From Microcaecilia unicolor (Eukaryota), in contig NC_044034.1 of the NCBI RefSeq assembly GCF_901765095.1, forward strand, positions 62,690,339 through 62,754,338: DNA of 64,000 nt, given 5' to 3'. The notes under the pieces were generated by a model, which was not told the DNA's origin, did not search any database, and saw only the letters and a list, made by a program, of their open reading frames with translations. Within the stretch, counting starts at the first letter, position 1; every line of letters starts with the position of its first letter. Shown here piece after piece: positions 50,115 to 63,452 of this stretch. The position numbers and the translations under genes are program-made.

Positions 50115-51900
50115 TTGACTATAGAGCAGAGGTTTTCATCCCAGTTCTCTGGCACACCCAGCCAGTTGGGGTTTTCAGGATATCCCCATTGAATATAATG
50201 TAAATTCACCTACTGAGTATACACTTAGATCTAGTTACAACATTTATTACTACAGCAGTAACTGTTCTAGTCTTTTTTTTTTTTTTTTATCAATACAAAA
50301 TGCTTTATTAAGTTTCCATAAACACATAAGTCTCTGATCCTTAATATCAATCGCACACACTCCCCATACATACCAATCTAACTTAAAACAATTCTTCATA
50401 CATTTCCTCTACCGCTAGAGAATCCATGTCTGCCAACTAAATTAGTATACAGAACAGTTCTTTATGCATTTCTTAACTTTTTAAACACATGACAGAGTTT
50501 TTCTTTCAAATTCCCGTCACTTCAAATCATTATGTATTTACTAAACAGCCTGTAGTTTTCATAGGCAATCTTATAACTAGTTAACTTGCTCTGTCGGCTT
50601 TCCCAAGTAAATAAACCTTCACTTCGAGTCATTTAAATCTGTTGTTTAAATCATTACATGGTTGTTATGCAAAACTCTAGTTTCCGAGGATAACTTTACA
50701 ACTTGCAAGCCGATTGATACTGTCAGCTCACTCAAACACTGGTGCATGCGCACAACTGCTTCTCTACCTGTTTAATGCTGATAAATAGTATCACGTGTTA
50801 TATCACTGGCCATTCTACTTCTTTGTTTAAGCCTAACGGAGTCACTGCTCTCCAGAAAATGTTCAATAGTGACTCCGTTAGGCTTAAACAAAGAAGTAGA
50901 ATGTCTATGGATATAACACGTGATGCTATTCATCAGCATTAAAGAAGTGGAGAAGCAGTTATGCGCATGCACCAGCATTTGAGTGAGCACGGCACCATTG
51001 TTTTACGACTGTCAGGAGACTCGTCCTGAATATGCAGCTTAATAGTGGTTTTGAAACATAGCATGTTTGAAATACATTTTGGTATAGCAGAGGATTTGGA
51101 TTTAAATTTGTAGGAGTCCTTTTTAATATCAGTCTATGCTGTTTAGTTGAACCCCTGATGATGCTTATAGCGAAACTCAGTGACTGTGTTGTGATTAGCA
51201 TGGAAGAGGAGTGAGGCAGGAGATTTGAACCTGCAACTGGAGAAGTAATACAAGGACAACCACAGCAAGAGAAAAAGATTAAAAAACTGTGTAGCAATAT
51301 TTGGTTTGCCTAAAAAAAAACTGACAGTATTGGTCGGCTTACAAGTTGTAAAGTTGTCCTCGGAAACCAGAGTTTTGCATGACAACCATGTAATAATTTA
51401 AACAACAGATCTAAGTAACTTGAAGTGAAGGTTTATTTGCTTGGGAAAGCCGAAAGAGCAAGTTAACTGGTTAGAAGACTATCTATGAAAACTACAGTTT
51501 GTTTAGTAAATACATAATGATTTTGAAGTATTTGAATTGACGGGAATTTGAAAAAAAGACTCTGTCATGTGTTTAAAAAGTTAAGAAATGTATAAAGAAC
51601 TGTTCTGTATACTAATTTAGTTGGCAGTCATGGATTCTCTAGTGGTAGAGCAAATGTACAAAGAATTGTTTTAGATTGGTATGTATGGGGAGAGTGTGTG
51701 ATTGATATTAAAGATTGGAAACTTTTATGTGTTTATGGAAATTTAATAAGCATTTTGTATTGATAAAAAAAAGTCTAGAACAGTTACTGTTGTTGTAATA
51801 AGCATTGAATTTAATGGGGATATCCTGAAAACCCCAACTGGCTGGGTGTACCCTGAGGACTGGGTTGAAAACCCCTGCTGTAGAGAGTAAATTTGTGGGA
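50115..51900. repeat. Large imperfect palindrome or foldback element. Two inverted arms of about 750 bp each (about 50115-50870 and 50880-51900) are separated by a ~20-bp spacer. Arm 2 contains a ~300-bp insertion (about 51000-51300) and is longer.
   Basis: ORFs 50742-50942(+) and 50772-50990(-) encode near-identical peptides, which is the signature of an inverted repeat. Direct reading shows gctcactcaaacactggtgcatgcgcacaactgc... at 50722 mirrored by ...gcagttatgcgcatgcaccagcatttgagtgagc ending at 50993. The outer arms (for example aaaacaattcttcatacatttcctctaccgctagagaatccatg versus catggattctctagtggtagagcaaatgtacaaagaattgtttt) continue the mirror out to ggggttttcaggatatcccc / ggggatatcctgaaaacccc. 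Confidence 0.85.
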
Positions 51901-52139
51901 CGTACCCAGATAACCTTCTGGGATGTTATTAGGGAACCTGACACTTAGTATAAATTACCAAAAGAACAGCACTTCACCAAGCTCTCTTATTAGGTGATAT
52001 CATGTCAGAAACAAATGTTCCTGCTTATCCCTAGATTCAAGCTCACAACGCCCAAACAATGAATGAACTAACTTCGCACCAAGGATATTATAAAAATAGA
52101 GTTCTCGTTTATTTATAAATGCAGCAAGAACCGAATGAA

Positions 52140-52900
52140 AATGCAAGTAATGAAACAGTAGGCTAGGAAAGCGAATAGAATGTTGGGTATTATTAGGAAA
52201 GATATGGAAAACAGGTGTGAGGATGGTATAATGCCGTTGTATCGCTCCATGGTGCGACCGCACCTTGAGTATTGTGTTCAGTTCTGGTCGCCGCATCTCA
52301 AGAAAGATATAGTAGAATTAGAAAAGGTGCAGCGAAGGGCGACTAAATTGATAGCGGGGATGGGACGACTTCCCTATGAAGAAAGACTAAGGAGGCTAGG
52401 GCTTTTCAGCTTGGAGAAGAGACGGCTGAGGGGAGATATGATAGAGGTATATAAAATAATGAGTGGAATGGAACAGGTGGATGTGAAGCGTCTGTTCACG
52501 CTTTCCAAAAATACTAGGATTAGGGGGCATGCGATGAAAGTACAGGGTAGTAATTTTAAAACAAATCGGAGAAAATATTTCTTCACCCAACACATAATTA
52601 AACTCTGGAATTCGTTGCCGGAGAACGTGGTGAAGGCGGTTAGCTTGGCAGAGTTTAAAAAGGGGTTAGACGGTTTCCTACAGTCCATAAACCACTACTA
52701 AATGGACTTGGGAAAAATCCACAATTCCAGGAATAACATGTATAGAATGTTTGTACGTTTGGGAAGCCTCCACTTTCCTAACAACTTACTTTCTGGTCAC
52801 CAAAAAGATAGATGGATTCTGCTTCATTCTAGACCTCAGAGCTCTGAACAGTATCTAGCCAAAAATATGTTTCAGGATGGTTTCCCTGCACACCCAACTC
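52140..52900 (+). mobile_element. CR1-like LINE 3' fragment (RT C-terminus plus 3' UTR)
   Basis: ORF 52180-52701 reads ...YRSMVRPHLEYCVQFWSPHLKKDIVELEKVQRRATKLIAGMGRLPYEERLRRLGLFSLEKRRLRGDMIEVYKIMSGMEQVD..., the canonical CR1 C-terminal motif. Confidence 0.8.
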
Positions 52901-53789
52901 CCCATGTTTCAGAATGGAGATTGGCTATACTCTATGGACTTAAAGGATGCCTACACTCACATACAGGTACATCCAGGCCACAGGAAGTATCGGAGTACGA
53001 GTAGAGAAATACCACTATCAGTACCGCATACTGTGTTTTTACCTCATGTTGGCACCCAAGGTTTTCACCAAATGCTTAGTAGAAGTCATGGCGTTTCTAT
53101 GCAGACTGGAGATGCACATATTTCCCTACCTAGATGCGCAGGATTATTGGGGTGCTGGAGCTTTTAGGGTTCATCATAAACTATTCCACTTCCTACCTCA
53201 ACCTATCCCAGTAATTGGATTTCATTGGAGCCCTTCTTGACAAGACTCAAGCCAGCACTTTCCTCCCACCATAGAGGATAAAGGCTCTTACCTCTGTGGT
53301 TTAGGACGTGCACTAGAGCCTGCAGGTATCAGCTCAGCAGACGTTGAACTTCTGTACCACATGGCTTCTGCCATTCATGCCACTCCGGTGGCATGCCTCA
53401 ACTTGAGGCAAGCTCAATGGACCCTGTCTTCCCAGTGGACTAAAACCATGGAGAACCTTCAGAATATAATTACTGACAGAATGCCTCAGAGGGAATCTAT
53501 TTTGGTGGCTAATTCACAATCATTTGTACAAGGGACTGCCATTCCAAATCCCTCAGCCCCTCAAGGTAGTTACAGTGGATGCATCCATTCTGTGGTTGGG
53601 GGCCTCATGTAAATAGGCTTCACACACAGGGTCAAAGGTCTGCTCAGTAGAGGCAGCATCAAATGAATCTTCTAGAACAAAGAGCTATTTCGAATGATCT
53701 AAAGGCTTTCAAAAACTGGCTAACGAACCAAATTATTCTGATCCAGAAAGACAACCAGTTTGTAATGTCAATGAGCAGGGAGGCACAGG

Positions 53790-54300
53790 TTTGTGCCTCC
53801 TGTTTAGGATGTGGAGATGGGCCACCTCCCATGGGATGGTGCTCAGAGCCACTTATCTGGTAGGAATAAAAAACAATCGTCTGGCGGACAGACTGAGCCA
53901 GCTCATGCAACCACACGAGTGGTCTTTAAAAATGGGTATAATCTACTCTAGTTTAGCACAACATATGATCCATCACCTTCAAATTATTCAGAATATTGCC
54001 GCCCGTATTCTCTCAGTTGTTAGTAGATTCAACCATATCACTGTCTTGCTTATTCAACAGCACTGGTTACCCATTTCTTCCCACATCCACTTCAAGGTTC
54101 TTATGCTTACTCATAAGGCTATCCATACTGACACTCCTCTTCATTTGGTCTTGCTGGTTCAACTATACTCGCCATCTAGGCTTCTCTGCTCAGCCAATGA
54201 CTTACGTTTCCGTATCCTGTCGGTACATTAGACCCATTACCAAACGACAAGGATTTGATCTTTTTTTCTGTATTTCACCTTCACTATCTATCAAAAATGT
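53790..54300 (+). mobile_element. L2-like LINE 3' fragment, + orientation
   Basis: ORF 53791-54231 reads ...HHLQIIQNIAARILSVVSRFNHITVLLIQQHWLPISSHIHFKVLMLTHKAIH.. (L2 C-terminus: LQ..QN.AAR....R..H..P.L..LHWLP...RI.FK.L). Confidence 0.65.
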
Positions 54301-56827
54301 AGGTCCTCCTTGAAGACCTGTCTGTTTGAGAAAGCTTTTAACTTACAGTTGGATGAGTTTTCATCTTTCAGGATTCACTGATGTTTGCAAGTCTTTCCCC
54401 TGACCCTTTTTGTTTTTTTTATTTTATTATTTGTTGTTGGCTATTACTCATACTGTCAGTCTGTTTTCTAGTCCTTCCACATTTTTAATCCTGTTTTCCT
54501 TCTCTGAGTGTGCTATGGCAGAGCTTCTTAGTTCCGATCCTAGAGGTCCAGAAGCAGGCCAGATTTTCAGGATATCCACAATGAATATTCATATGAGAGA
54601 GTTGTATGCACTGCCTCCTTGGTATGCAAATCTCTGTTATGCATATTCATTGTGGACATCCTGAAAACATGGCCTGTCTACTACTACTACTACTACTATT
54701 TAGCATTTCTATAGCGCTACAAGGCGTACGCAGCGCTGCACAAACATAGAAGAAAGACAGTCCCTGCTCAAAGAGCTTACAATCTAATAGACAAAAAAAA
54801 AAAAATAAAGTAAGCAAAATAAGCTTGAACCACCACAATTTTATCTCCTTCATTAAGAAAAGTTACCAGGAGTATACTCTAGCTAAGACTCAAGAAATGC
54901 TAATAAATCCACACTCTCTGAAGGACCCATAACAGCCAGAGCCCCTTCCTGGTCATCAACATGAACTTTAACATTTAACAAAAACTATTTCTTTGGCTCT
55001 GAGCAAAGCCAAGACATCTCAAAAGTATTTCCTTACCAATATTTCAGCTGAAAGGTAATGAGTAAAAGGAAAATGAAGAAACTCAATATTCCTAATTTCT
55101 AAGATGATTCTCCATAGCCTTCAACTTCTGATGCAGAGAGAGGCTATCCTTAATTGCTAAAAGTTTGGTAGATTGTAAAGAAAAAATGTTTAAATCCATA
55201 GGCTGCATATGAGAATAAGCTACCTTATCTCTTTAAACTTAGATACAGATTCAGAAGTAAAACAGCACAAGTGAGGAACAATATTCTTTAATAAATCCTC
55301 TATGAAGGAAATAACTGCCCATATATCTAAAAGTAGTATCTTGTAATCTCTAGTACAGTGTCAATAGGAAAATGTACTGCTTTAGGCAAAATGGAGGGGG
55401 GTATAGAGAAATTAAAGAATTCCTACCACATTTGCACGAGAGTCAGTCAGTAGTGATAGATGAGGTTGAGTTCTATCAGTACTTCAGACTGGAATTGAGT
55501 AGCCCTGTGCTATAATGTTCTTTTCTTTGTTTTAATTTTGATTTTAATTATTGTGTGGGAAGAAAGACTAGTATGTCAAACAAAATAAACCATAAACCAA
55601 GATTTTTCGAGAGTGGGGCATCCGCTTGATAGACCTTTTTTGCCACTTATCTCAACAAGAAAGTTCCTCAGTTCTGCTGCAGACTAGGGATACACGGTAA
55701 ACTAGCCTTTGCTGCTTCCCTCCTCATTTGGGAAAAGGTTTTCCATATGTGTATCCTCGATTGCCTTTCATAGCAAACTTTCTTGAAACTTAAGCAGGAT
55801 AAAGGATCATGATTCTTATCACACCATACTGGCTGCAGCAAATATGGTTCCCTCTACTTCTGGAGCTAGCCTCTGAACTGCTTTCTGACCCTTATCACTC
55901 AGATCAAAGGGTCCCCCTTGCATCCCTACTTCTAGGCCCTAGCCCTCACGGTTTGGGTATTGAGAGGTTAGAAGTGGATCCTTTGAACTTACAGGAGCAT
56001 GCCTTTCATTTCTTCCTGCTTCCAGGAGAGAAACAGGTATCTCAGTGCAGTTGAATCATATTGTGTAGAGAGTAAGCCCTTCTCTGTTCAGTCTTCAGTT
56101 AATCGCTTCATAAAGGGCTTGCTTCCATTAAAACATCCCATCAAACCCCTAGCAATGTCATGAGATTTCAACGTTGTGCATAATCGGCGCATGAAAGCTC
56201 CCTTTGTGCCACTTGATACCTATTGTCTGAAGTACCTGACCTGGAAGGTCTTGCTTTTGGTGGCAGTCACTTCAGCTACAAGCCTCAGTAGCTGATCCAC
56301 CTTACACTATTTTACAACCACAGGGTGGTTTTGTGCACACATCCTAAGTTCCTTCCTAACGTAATGTTGGAGTTCTATCTTAACCGATCAATTATTGTGC
56401 CAGCATTCTTCCTGAAGCCACTTGCACATCAAGGAGAAAGCACACTGAGGACTGCAAGCGAGCCTTGGTCTTCCATATGGATCAGACTAAAATCCATAGA
56501 AAGTCCACCCAATTTTGGGGGATTTTTTTTTTGACCCCCAACAGCATGGGGGCTGCTACCGGTAAAAGCACTCTTTGATTTGGCTAGAAGATGGAATATC
56601 CTTCACTTGCACCCAGGCTGGTCTGATTCATGTCGTGGCTCACAGTGTCCCAAGAGTAAAATAGATTTTATGCTGCTTACCTTAGAAATAAGCAGTGGAT
56701 TTTTCCAAATCCATCTCAATCATGGCTTATGGACTTTAAGAAATTAGCCAAATCTCTTTTAAACCCTGCTAAGCCAACTGCTTTACCACATTCTTTGGCA
56801 ATGAGTTCCAGAGTTTAATTACACATT

Positions 56828-56950
56828 AAGGGCTCTGTTTACTAAAAAGTGCTAGCGTTTTTAGTGCACACTAAAAAATTAGCACATGCTAATTTTTAGC
56901 ATGCGCTAAAAACAGTGTGCCTACAATGCGGCTTAGTAAACAGGGCCCTA
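56828..56950. mobile_element. Harbinger-like MITE of about 120 bp (TIR gggctctgtttactaa / ttagtaaacagggccc) with a TAA TSD
   Basis: Perfect 16-bp TIRs. TAA is on both flanks. The internal part is palindromic (ttagtgcacactaaaaaattagcacatgctaatttttagcatgcgctaaaaa). Confidence 0.7.
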
Positions 56951-57499
56951 AGTGACTTATATTTACTACTTAGTGGTTTTATTGCATGTCCCCTAGTCCA
57001 TGTGTCTTTGGAAAGAGTAACAAGCGATTTACGTCTTCCTGTCCTACTCCACTCAGTATTTTATAGACTTCTATCACATCTCCCCTCAGCCTGCTGTTCT
57101 CTAGGTTGAAGAGCCCTAGCTTCTTTAACCTTTCCTTATAGGAAGTCGTTATATCCTCTTTATCATTTCTATCACCCTTCTATTTACCTTTTCTAATTCA
57201 GTTATATCTTTTTTGAGATGCGGTGACCAGAACTGCACACAGTATTAGAGATGTGGTTACACCATGGAGCGATAGAAAGGCATTATAATAATTTCATTTT
57301 TGTTTTACATTTCCTTCCTAATAATTCCTGACATTCTATTTGCTTTCTTAGCCGCCACTGTGCACTGAGCACATGGTTTTAACATATCATTAACAATGGC
57401 ACCTAGATCCTTTTCCTGGGCAATGATTCCTAATGTGGAACGTTGCATCATGTAGCTATAGTTTATGTTCATTTTTTGTACATGCATCACTTTGTACTT

Positions 57500-58300
57500 G
57501 CTCACATTAACCTCAAAATTCTATGAATGGCGCTTAAAATTAGGCACTCATTCATTTTGTGCGTGCAGTTTAATTAATGAGCCAATTAGCGCTGATTGAG
57601 TGCCAGTAATCAATTATTGGCACTAATTGACCTTAATTGAAATTTACATGTTGCTCTGAAAAGAGGGCACACTCATGGGCGGATCAGGGGCATTCCTAGA
57701 ATAATGTGCGCTGTTATACAATAAGGGCGATATACACCTAATTTAGATTTGAGGATTTACATCAAGGGTTACTTGGTGTAAATCCTCACGTCTAAAGTTA
57801 GGCGCTAAGGTGCAGATTCTATAACGCCGTGCGTAACTTAATTGGCTTAACAAGCTAATGAGCGCTAACAGCACTTAAGCTCTAATGAGCACTAATTGGC
57901 ACTGATTAGAATTTAGTCGCACAACTTACTAAGTATATTTTGTAATGTGCGCCAAACTTCTAACACAAAAAGGCAAAAATGGGCATGGTTATGGGCGGGG
58001 AAATGGGTGTTGCAAAAATTTAGGTGCCTAGTTATAGAATATGACTCAGTGCACCTAAATCTTCTCGCTGAGATGTACACCAGGTTTTCGTTGGCATAAA
58101 TGGCAGATATCGGCGCTGAAATATCAACTAAGTGTATTCTATAATCGGCGCCTAAATCTAGGCACTGATTATAGAATACGCTTAGTTGGCACTGATTTCG
58201 GCACCAATTTTTTAGGCACCATATATAGAATCTTCTCCTAAGCGTATTCTTTAAACAGCACCTAAACTTTAGTATCATTTCTAGTATAGCACTTGGTGCA
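57500..58300. repeat. Unclassified interspersed repeat rich in the recurring tatagaata(c/t)gc / ggcgcctaaat / ggcactgatt motifs. A related copy lies at 24420-24900.
   Basis: Internal short direct and inverted repeats. Similarity between the two loci was read directly. No ORF. Confidence 0.45.
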
Positions 58301-58327
58301 CTATTTTTTTGCTTCTGTTTATAGAAT

Positions 58328-58765
58328 TTACTACTACTACTACTTAACATTTCTAGAGCGCTACTAGGGTTACGCAGCGCTATACAAATTGACAAAGAAG
58401 GACGGTCCCTGCTCAAAGGAGCTTACAATCTAAAGGACGAAATGTCAAGTTGGGGTAGTCTAGATTTCCTGAGTAGAGGTGTAGTGGTTAAGTGCCGAAG
58501 GTGACATTGAAGAGGTGGGCTTTGAGCAAGGATTTGAAGATGGGCAGGGAGGGGGCCTGGCGTATGGGCTCAGGGAGTTTGTTCCAAGCATGGGGTGAGG
58601 CGAGACAGAAAGGGCGGAGCCTGGAGTTGGCGGTGGTGGAGAAGGGTACTGAAAGGAGGGATTTGTCTTGAGAGCGGAGGTTACGGGTAGGGACGTAAGG
58701 GGAGATGAGGGTAGAGAGGTATTTGGATGCACAGTCGTGCAGTCTCTTAAGGTTCTCTTTCAATT
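58328..58765 (-). mobile_element. L2-like LINE 3' fragment (same family as 35388-35975)
   Basis: ORF 58488-58763(-) reads ...LISPYVPTRNLRSQDKSLLSVPFSTTANSRLRPFCLASPHAWNKLPEPIRQAPSL.IFKSLLKAHLF, plus the tactactactactta...gcgctac tail at 58328-58390. Confidence 0.75.
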
Positions 58766-61700
58766 TTTCAGAATCCTCTTATAATTTAACAACTATGAAT
58801 AACTTTGAGCATCTTTTACAAAGCAGCGCTAGCGATTCCTGTGTGGCAAATGAGAGGAAGCCCATAGGAATTGAATGGGTTTCCTCTTATTTGCCGTGCA
58901 GGAATTGCTAGCACGGCTTTATAAAAGAAGCCCTTTGTGTCATCAGCAAATTTAATTGCCTCACTAGTTATTCCCATCTCTAGATCATTTTTAAATGTAT
59001 TAAAAAGCAGGTGTTCCAGCACAGACCTCTGGGAAACCCCCACTAATCTACCCTTCTCCATTGAGAATACTGACCATTTAACCCTACTCTCTGTTTTCTG
59101 TCTTTTAACTAGTTTTTAATCCACAATAGGACACTACCTCCTATCCCACGACTTTCTGATTTCCTCATGTGGTACTTTGTCAAATGCCGTTTGAAAATCC
59201 AAATACACAAAATTGACCAGCTCACTTTTATCCATATGTTTATTCACTCCTTCAAGATATGTTGCGTGATATTTAGTTTGATTAAAGGTCTTGCCTGTTG
59301 CAGTCCTCGGTTGCATTCCCCTTTTCTTTTATGACAGCCTGGAAGCTATGTATTTCCATTGGTGAGGTATTTCTTCCTGCTTGTCCTTGGAGATAGTGAA
59401 CGTACTAATCTGTAGCAGGTGTACTCTTCAACAGGATGAATCTTCTTCCTGCTCCACCTATCTCCCCTTGGAGTTGAATTCTCATCAGTTGCATCAGACT
59501 GATCTGGTCCCGTGTGATGATATTGGGCAGGAAGACATGTGCTTGTGTCGTGAGTCGCTCCCAAGCACTTCTAGAAAGGGTGCTAGGGGGCGTTTTCTGC
59601 ACCAGGCTCTGTTTTATGATGTCACCCATCAGGGAGGATATTTGCTATAGATAACCTGCAGCAGCTTCTTAAACTGTAACATTTTATGCTAATAACTAGC
59701 CGTTAAGCCCGTTAAAACGGGCGAGATTTCCAGCTACCCTCCTCGCCGCCGCTCCCTCCCCCCTCTGTGCTGGGTCCCCTGCACTGACCTGAAAGTGCTT
59801 CCACACGGAGGTGAGAGGCGCTGTCAGGTCAGTGCAGGGGGCCCGATACGGAGGGGGGCGGGAAGCGGCGGCGGGGATGGGGGGGAGGGTGGAGGTTGGT
59901 ACACGCGATGTTCATTTCCAGGCGGCAGCGTCTGACAGTCCAACTCCGTTTCCCTCTCTGTTCCGCCCTCTGATGTCATCACGTCTTGACGCGAGGGCGG
60001 GACAGAGAGGGAAGTCTCTACTGCGCATTTGCAGGTGAGTCGGTCACTTTCAATTTATATGTTTGATTGGGGATGGATTAAAAATGAATAATGATTGCTT
60101 CTTGGATTTGATGAAGCAAATTATATATGAACCTTGAAAGCCACGGAAATAGAATACAAACAGAATGACTGAAAGCTTAAGTCAAAATAAGGAATATATG
60201 AATAAATAGTTTAAAAAAAAAACAAAAAACGTCCAAATCAGTATTTTTGAAACCTATTTTTAGATGTTTTTCTATGAAGTCCGTCAGAAGTCCGTCCAAA
60301 TTCAAGGGGGCGTGTTCAGGGCGGGACTTGGGCGTGACTTAGATGTTTTTCAGACGTAATGGAACAAAACAAAAACGTCCAGGACTAAAACTTAGATGTT
60401 TTGAGCTAGACCTGTTTTTATTACAAACAAGGCACAAAAAGGTGCCCTAAATGACCAGATGACCACTGGAGGGAATCAGGAATGACCTCCCCTTATTCCC
60501 CTAGTGGTCACTAACCCCCTCCCACCCTCCAAAAGTGTGATGAAAAACATTACTTGCCAGCCTCAGATGTTATACTCAGGTCCATTATCCCTGGAGTAGT
60601 CTAGTATTTGGTGCATTGCACTGCAGACAGGTGGACCCAGCCTTCGTCCTCTCCCTACCTGTTACAATTGTGGAGGAAACTGCGAGCCCTCCAAAACTCA
60701 CCAGAAACCCACTGTACCCACATAGGTGCCCCCTTCACCCGTAAGGGCAATGATAGTGGTGTACCTGAGAGCATTTTATGAAGTCCACTGCAGTGCCCCC
60801 TAGGGTGCCCTATTGCTGTGCTGGGATGTCAGGGGGACCAGTCTACTAAGAATACTGGCTCCTTCTACATCCCTTTGGCTTGATTGTGTACATTTTGCAC
60901 TTGGATGTTTTGTTTTGTTTTTTTCAAAAAATGAACCAAAACAAAAACATCACAAAACGTCCAAAATACAAAACGTCCGTAGTATTTTCGAAAAAAAAAA
61001 GATGTTTTTCATTTTCAAAAATGGCCTTCTTTCCTGTTCAGAATTTGGATGTTTTGTGTAAAACGTCCAAATTCAGATTTAGATGTCATATCGAAAATGC
61101 CCCTCCACGTATGACTAAAGAGTGTCAATTTATATCAGTGTCTTATTTCAAACATTGTGTAAAAACAAGCTGTTAGATTGGTCAAGTTCAGAAATTGTCA
61201 TAAAAATAAGATTGATTTTAGGGATCAATTTCCTATTATAAAAAAAATGACTGAAGGAACATCTACTATGTAATTTGATTATAAAATCAAAAGCCTTGGC
61301 GTTACTGCATTACCCAAAACGTTGGAAGTGAACTTTCAGTGCTTTTTATTTATTTCATGGAAACCTTGTTTAAGGCTGAAATATACTAACTACACCTTTA
61401 AGCTTTATTTTCTATTATACTTTTATATGCATCCCTTCCCAAGGTGCAACTCCATATATTGCCACTATTCAGATTCGTAAGCTTCAGGGATCAAGATGAG
61501 TTTTCTGTAGCTGACAAAGTAAAGCAGACTTACAAAGTTCCATAGGTTACCATGCAACTTTGTAAGTCTAAGTACTTTGAGAATATGCCTCAACATGCAC
61601 AAAAAACTGCAATATTAAGTTGCAAATCACTCTACCTGCTATTGTTAGACCTTGTCACTTTTCTTCAGAAAACCATTTTCGGAAGCACTACATCTTTATT

Positions 61701-61845
61701 TATTTATTATAGATGGCTTCAGCTGTGTATGTAATGAAAGGGTGTCCAAACCTACAGGATTAAATCAGTATTTGTATATAAATTGTCTGCCTCTATAAAA
61801 TTAATGCACTAATAATTTTATTTCAAAAAAAAAATTTTTTTTTAG

Positions 61846-61932
61846 AATTTTCTCACAACAGTAGCAGTTTTATTGGAAGCTGGTGCACACCTGAACATTC
61901 AGCAGAATAATGGAGAAACAGCTTTAATGAAG
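61846..61932 (+). CDS. MPHOSPH8: MPHOSPH8 coding exon 9 (ankyrin repeat 2 start: NFLTTVAVLLEAGAHLNIQQNNGETALMK)
   Basis: Matches human NFLTTVAILLEAGAFVNVQQSNGETALMK. Acceptor atttttttttag|AAT. Donor AATGAAG|gtatgt. Phase 0. The remaining 3' exons lie beyond the window. Confidence 0.9.
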
Positions 61933-62789
61933 GTATGTATTCATGCCTTCTTGCTTTTGTTCTGTATGTTATGGCTCATTGCCTGCCTCCTGCACAGCAG
62001 TATACAATGGACAGGGTCAAAGTACACAGCAAAACAATCCAAAAAAGAAGCACAAAAGGCTCTCAAGAAATGGTACAAGTGTGCTTTATTTATGACCCAA
62101 CACAGGGCATGTTTCGGAGTAAAACAATGCCTGCCTCAGGGGTCAGCTCTAAAATCAACTTAACACAAAACACATGCGCTGTTACTCAAATTGTTGTGTT
62201 CAGTATATTGTCAGTCCGCTCTGGAAACTGAGAAGCCCAAACTTAATGCGGAGCAAACCGCCACGGAAATTTGCGTCTTGCCTTGTGTTCATAGTGTGTG
62301 TGATGATGGAAGACTGGATTATCTCTTGCATTTACAAAGTGACCTTTTTACAAGGGATCAGAATTTTGGGTGGTCATTCTTATCTGACCTTTTTTTTCCT
62401 TTATTACTTTGGTGTCCATAACAAGGAATTGTTCAGGAAATAGTTTAAAAATAAAATTGTAATTAATGTCTTACTTTTTCCCTGCACTGATAGTTTTTAT
62501 TAAATTCCTCCCACCTGCTACAGATGCAAAACAGGTGAAAAGCATTGCTGAGTTATGTCCCCATGCCTCTGCTTCCTCCACCTTCTCTAGAATATTCTAG
62601 AATCTAATCTTTGTGTTTGTTTTTGAGAGCTCATTAGACTGAATCTCTCTCTTGGACTGAGGTAAAACTGCTGTGATACTCTGCCTGAATTTGGTCTCTG
62701 TACTGTTCTCGGCACTTTCTTCTTTTCTTTCTGTTCATTTCCTCCATTTTCCAAAGTTTTATTGTTCACATTATTTTTATTTTTGTTAC

Positions 62790-62935
62790 ATTTGTACCCC
62801 GCGCTTTCCCACTCATGGCAGGTTCAATGCGGCTTACATATTGTATACAGGTACTTATTTGTACCTGGGGCAATGGAGAGTTAAGTGACTTGCCCAGAGT
62901 CACAAGGGGCTGCCTGTGCCTAGGCAACTAAGAGA
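62790..62935 (-). mobile_element. tRNA-SINE copy, 3' portion
   Basis: Reverse complement of the 63330-63440 SINE body and tail (...gggcaagtcacttaactctccattgcccc...). Confidence 0.75.
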
Positions 62936-63257
62936 ACAGACACAGCTTGGTTTGGGATTTTAGATTTATCTGCCTTTAAAAATCCAAGCTCAGGGTGAGT
63001 TACATACAGGGAGAATACATATATCCCCCTGCCTATGGGGGCTTAAATCTAAGTTTTGTTTCTAAGGCAGTGGAAAGTTTTAAGTGATTGTCTAAAATCT
63101 CAGAATATCAGTGGGAGAAGACCAAATGACTGCCAGCATAATCAATTGGTGAGGTGAAAGAGGTCAAGGTCAAAGCTAAAAGGGCAATCTTTCAGAAAAT
63201 AGAAAGTAGACCCAAATGAGTTAAATAAGAAGCAGCATAAGTAGGGACAAGTAGGTG

Positions 63258-63452
63258 GAGTGGAGGAGTGGCCTAGTGGTTAGGGTGGTGGACTTTGGTC
63301 CTGGGGAACTGAGGAACTGAGTTCGATTCCCGGCACAGGCAGCTCCTTGTGACTCTGGGCAAGTCACTTAACCCTCCATTGCCCCATGTAAGCCGCATTG
63401 AGCCTGCCATGAGTGGGAAAGCGCGGGGTACAAATGTAACAAAAATAAAAAA
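63258..63452 (+). mobile_element. tRNA-derived SINE (A box TGGCCTAGTGG, B box GTTCGATTCC) whose 3' tail is homologous to the L2/CR1-like LINE 3' UTR
   Basis: The head ggagtggcctagtggttagggtggtggactttggtcctggggaactgaggaactgagttcgattcccggcacaggcagc carries Pol III A/B boxes. The tail ...tgtaagccgcattgagcctgccatgagtgggaaagcgcggggtacaaatgtaacaaaaataaaaa aligns with the LINE 3' end tgtaagccacactgagcccgcaaagaggtgggaaaatgtgggatacaagtacaaacaataaataaa (reverse complement of 39655-39715). Confidence 0.8.

Noticed and set aside
63262-63340. Possible genuine tRNA gene (A and B boxes present)
   Set aside because: It has no proper cloverleaf with an acceptor-stem 3' end or CCA context. It is followed by a SINE body and a LINE-derived tail, and the same unit recurs several times in the window. 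It is the tRNA-derived head of a SINE.
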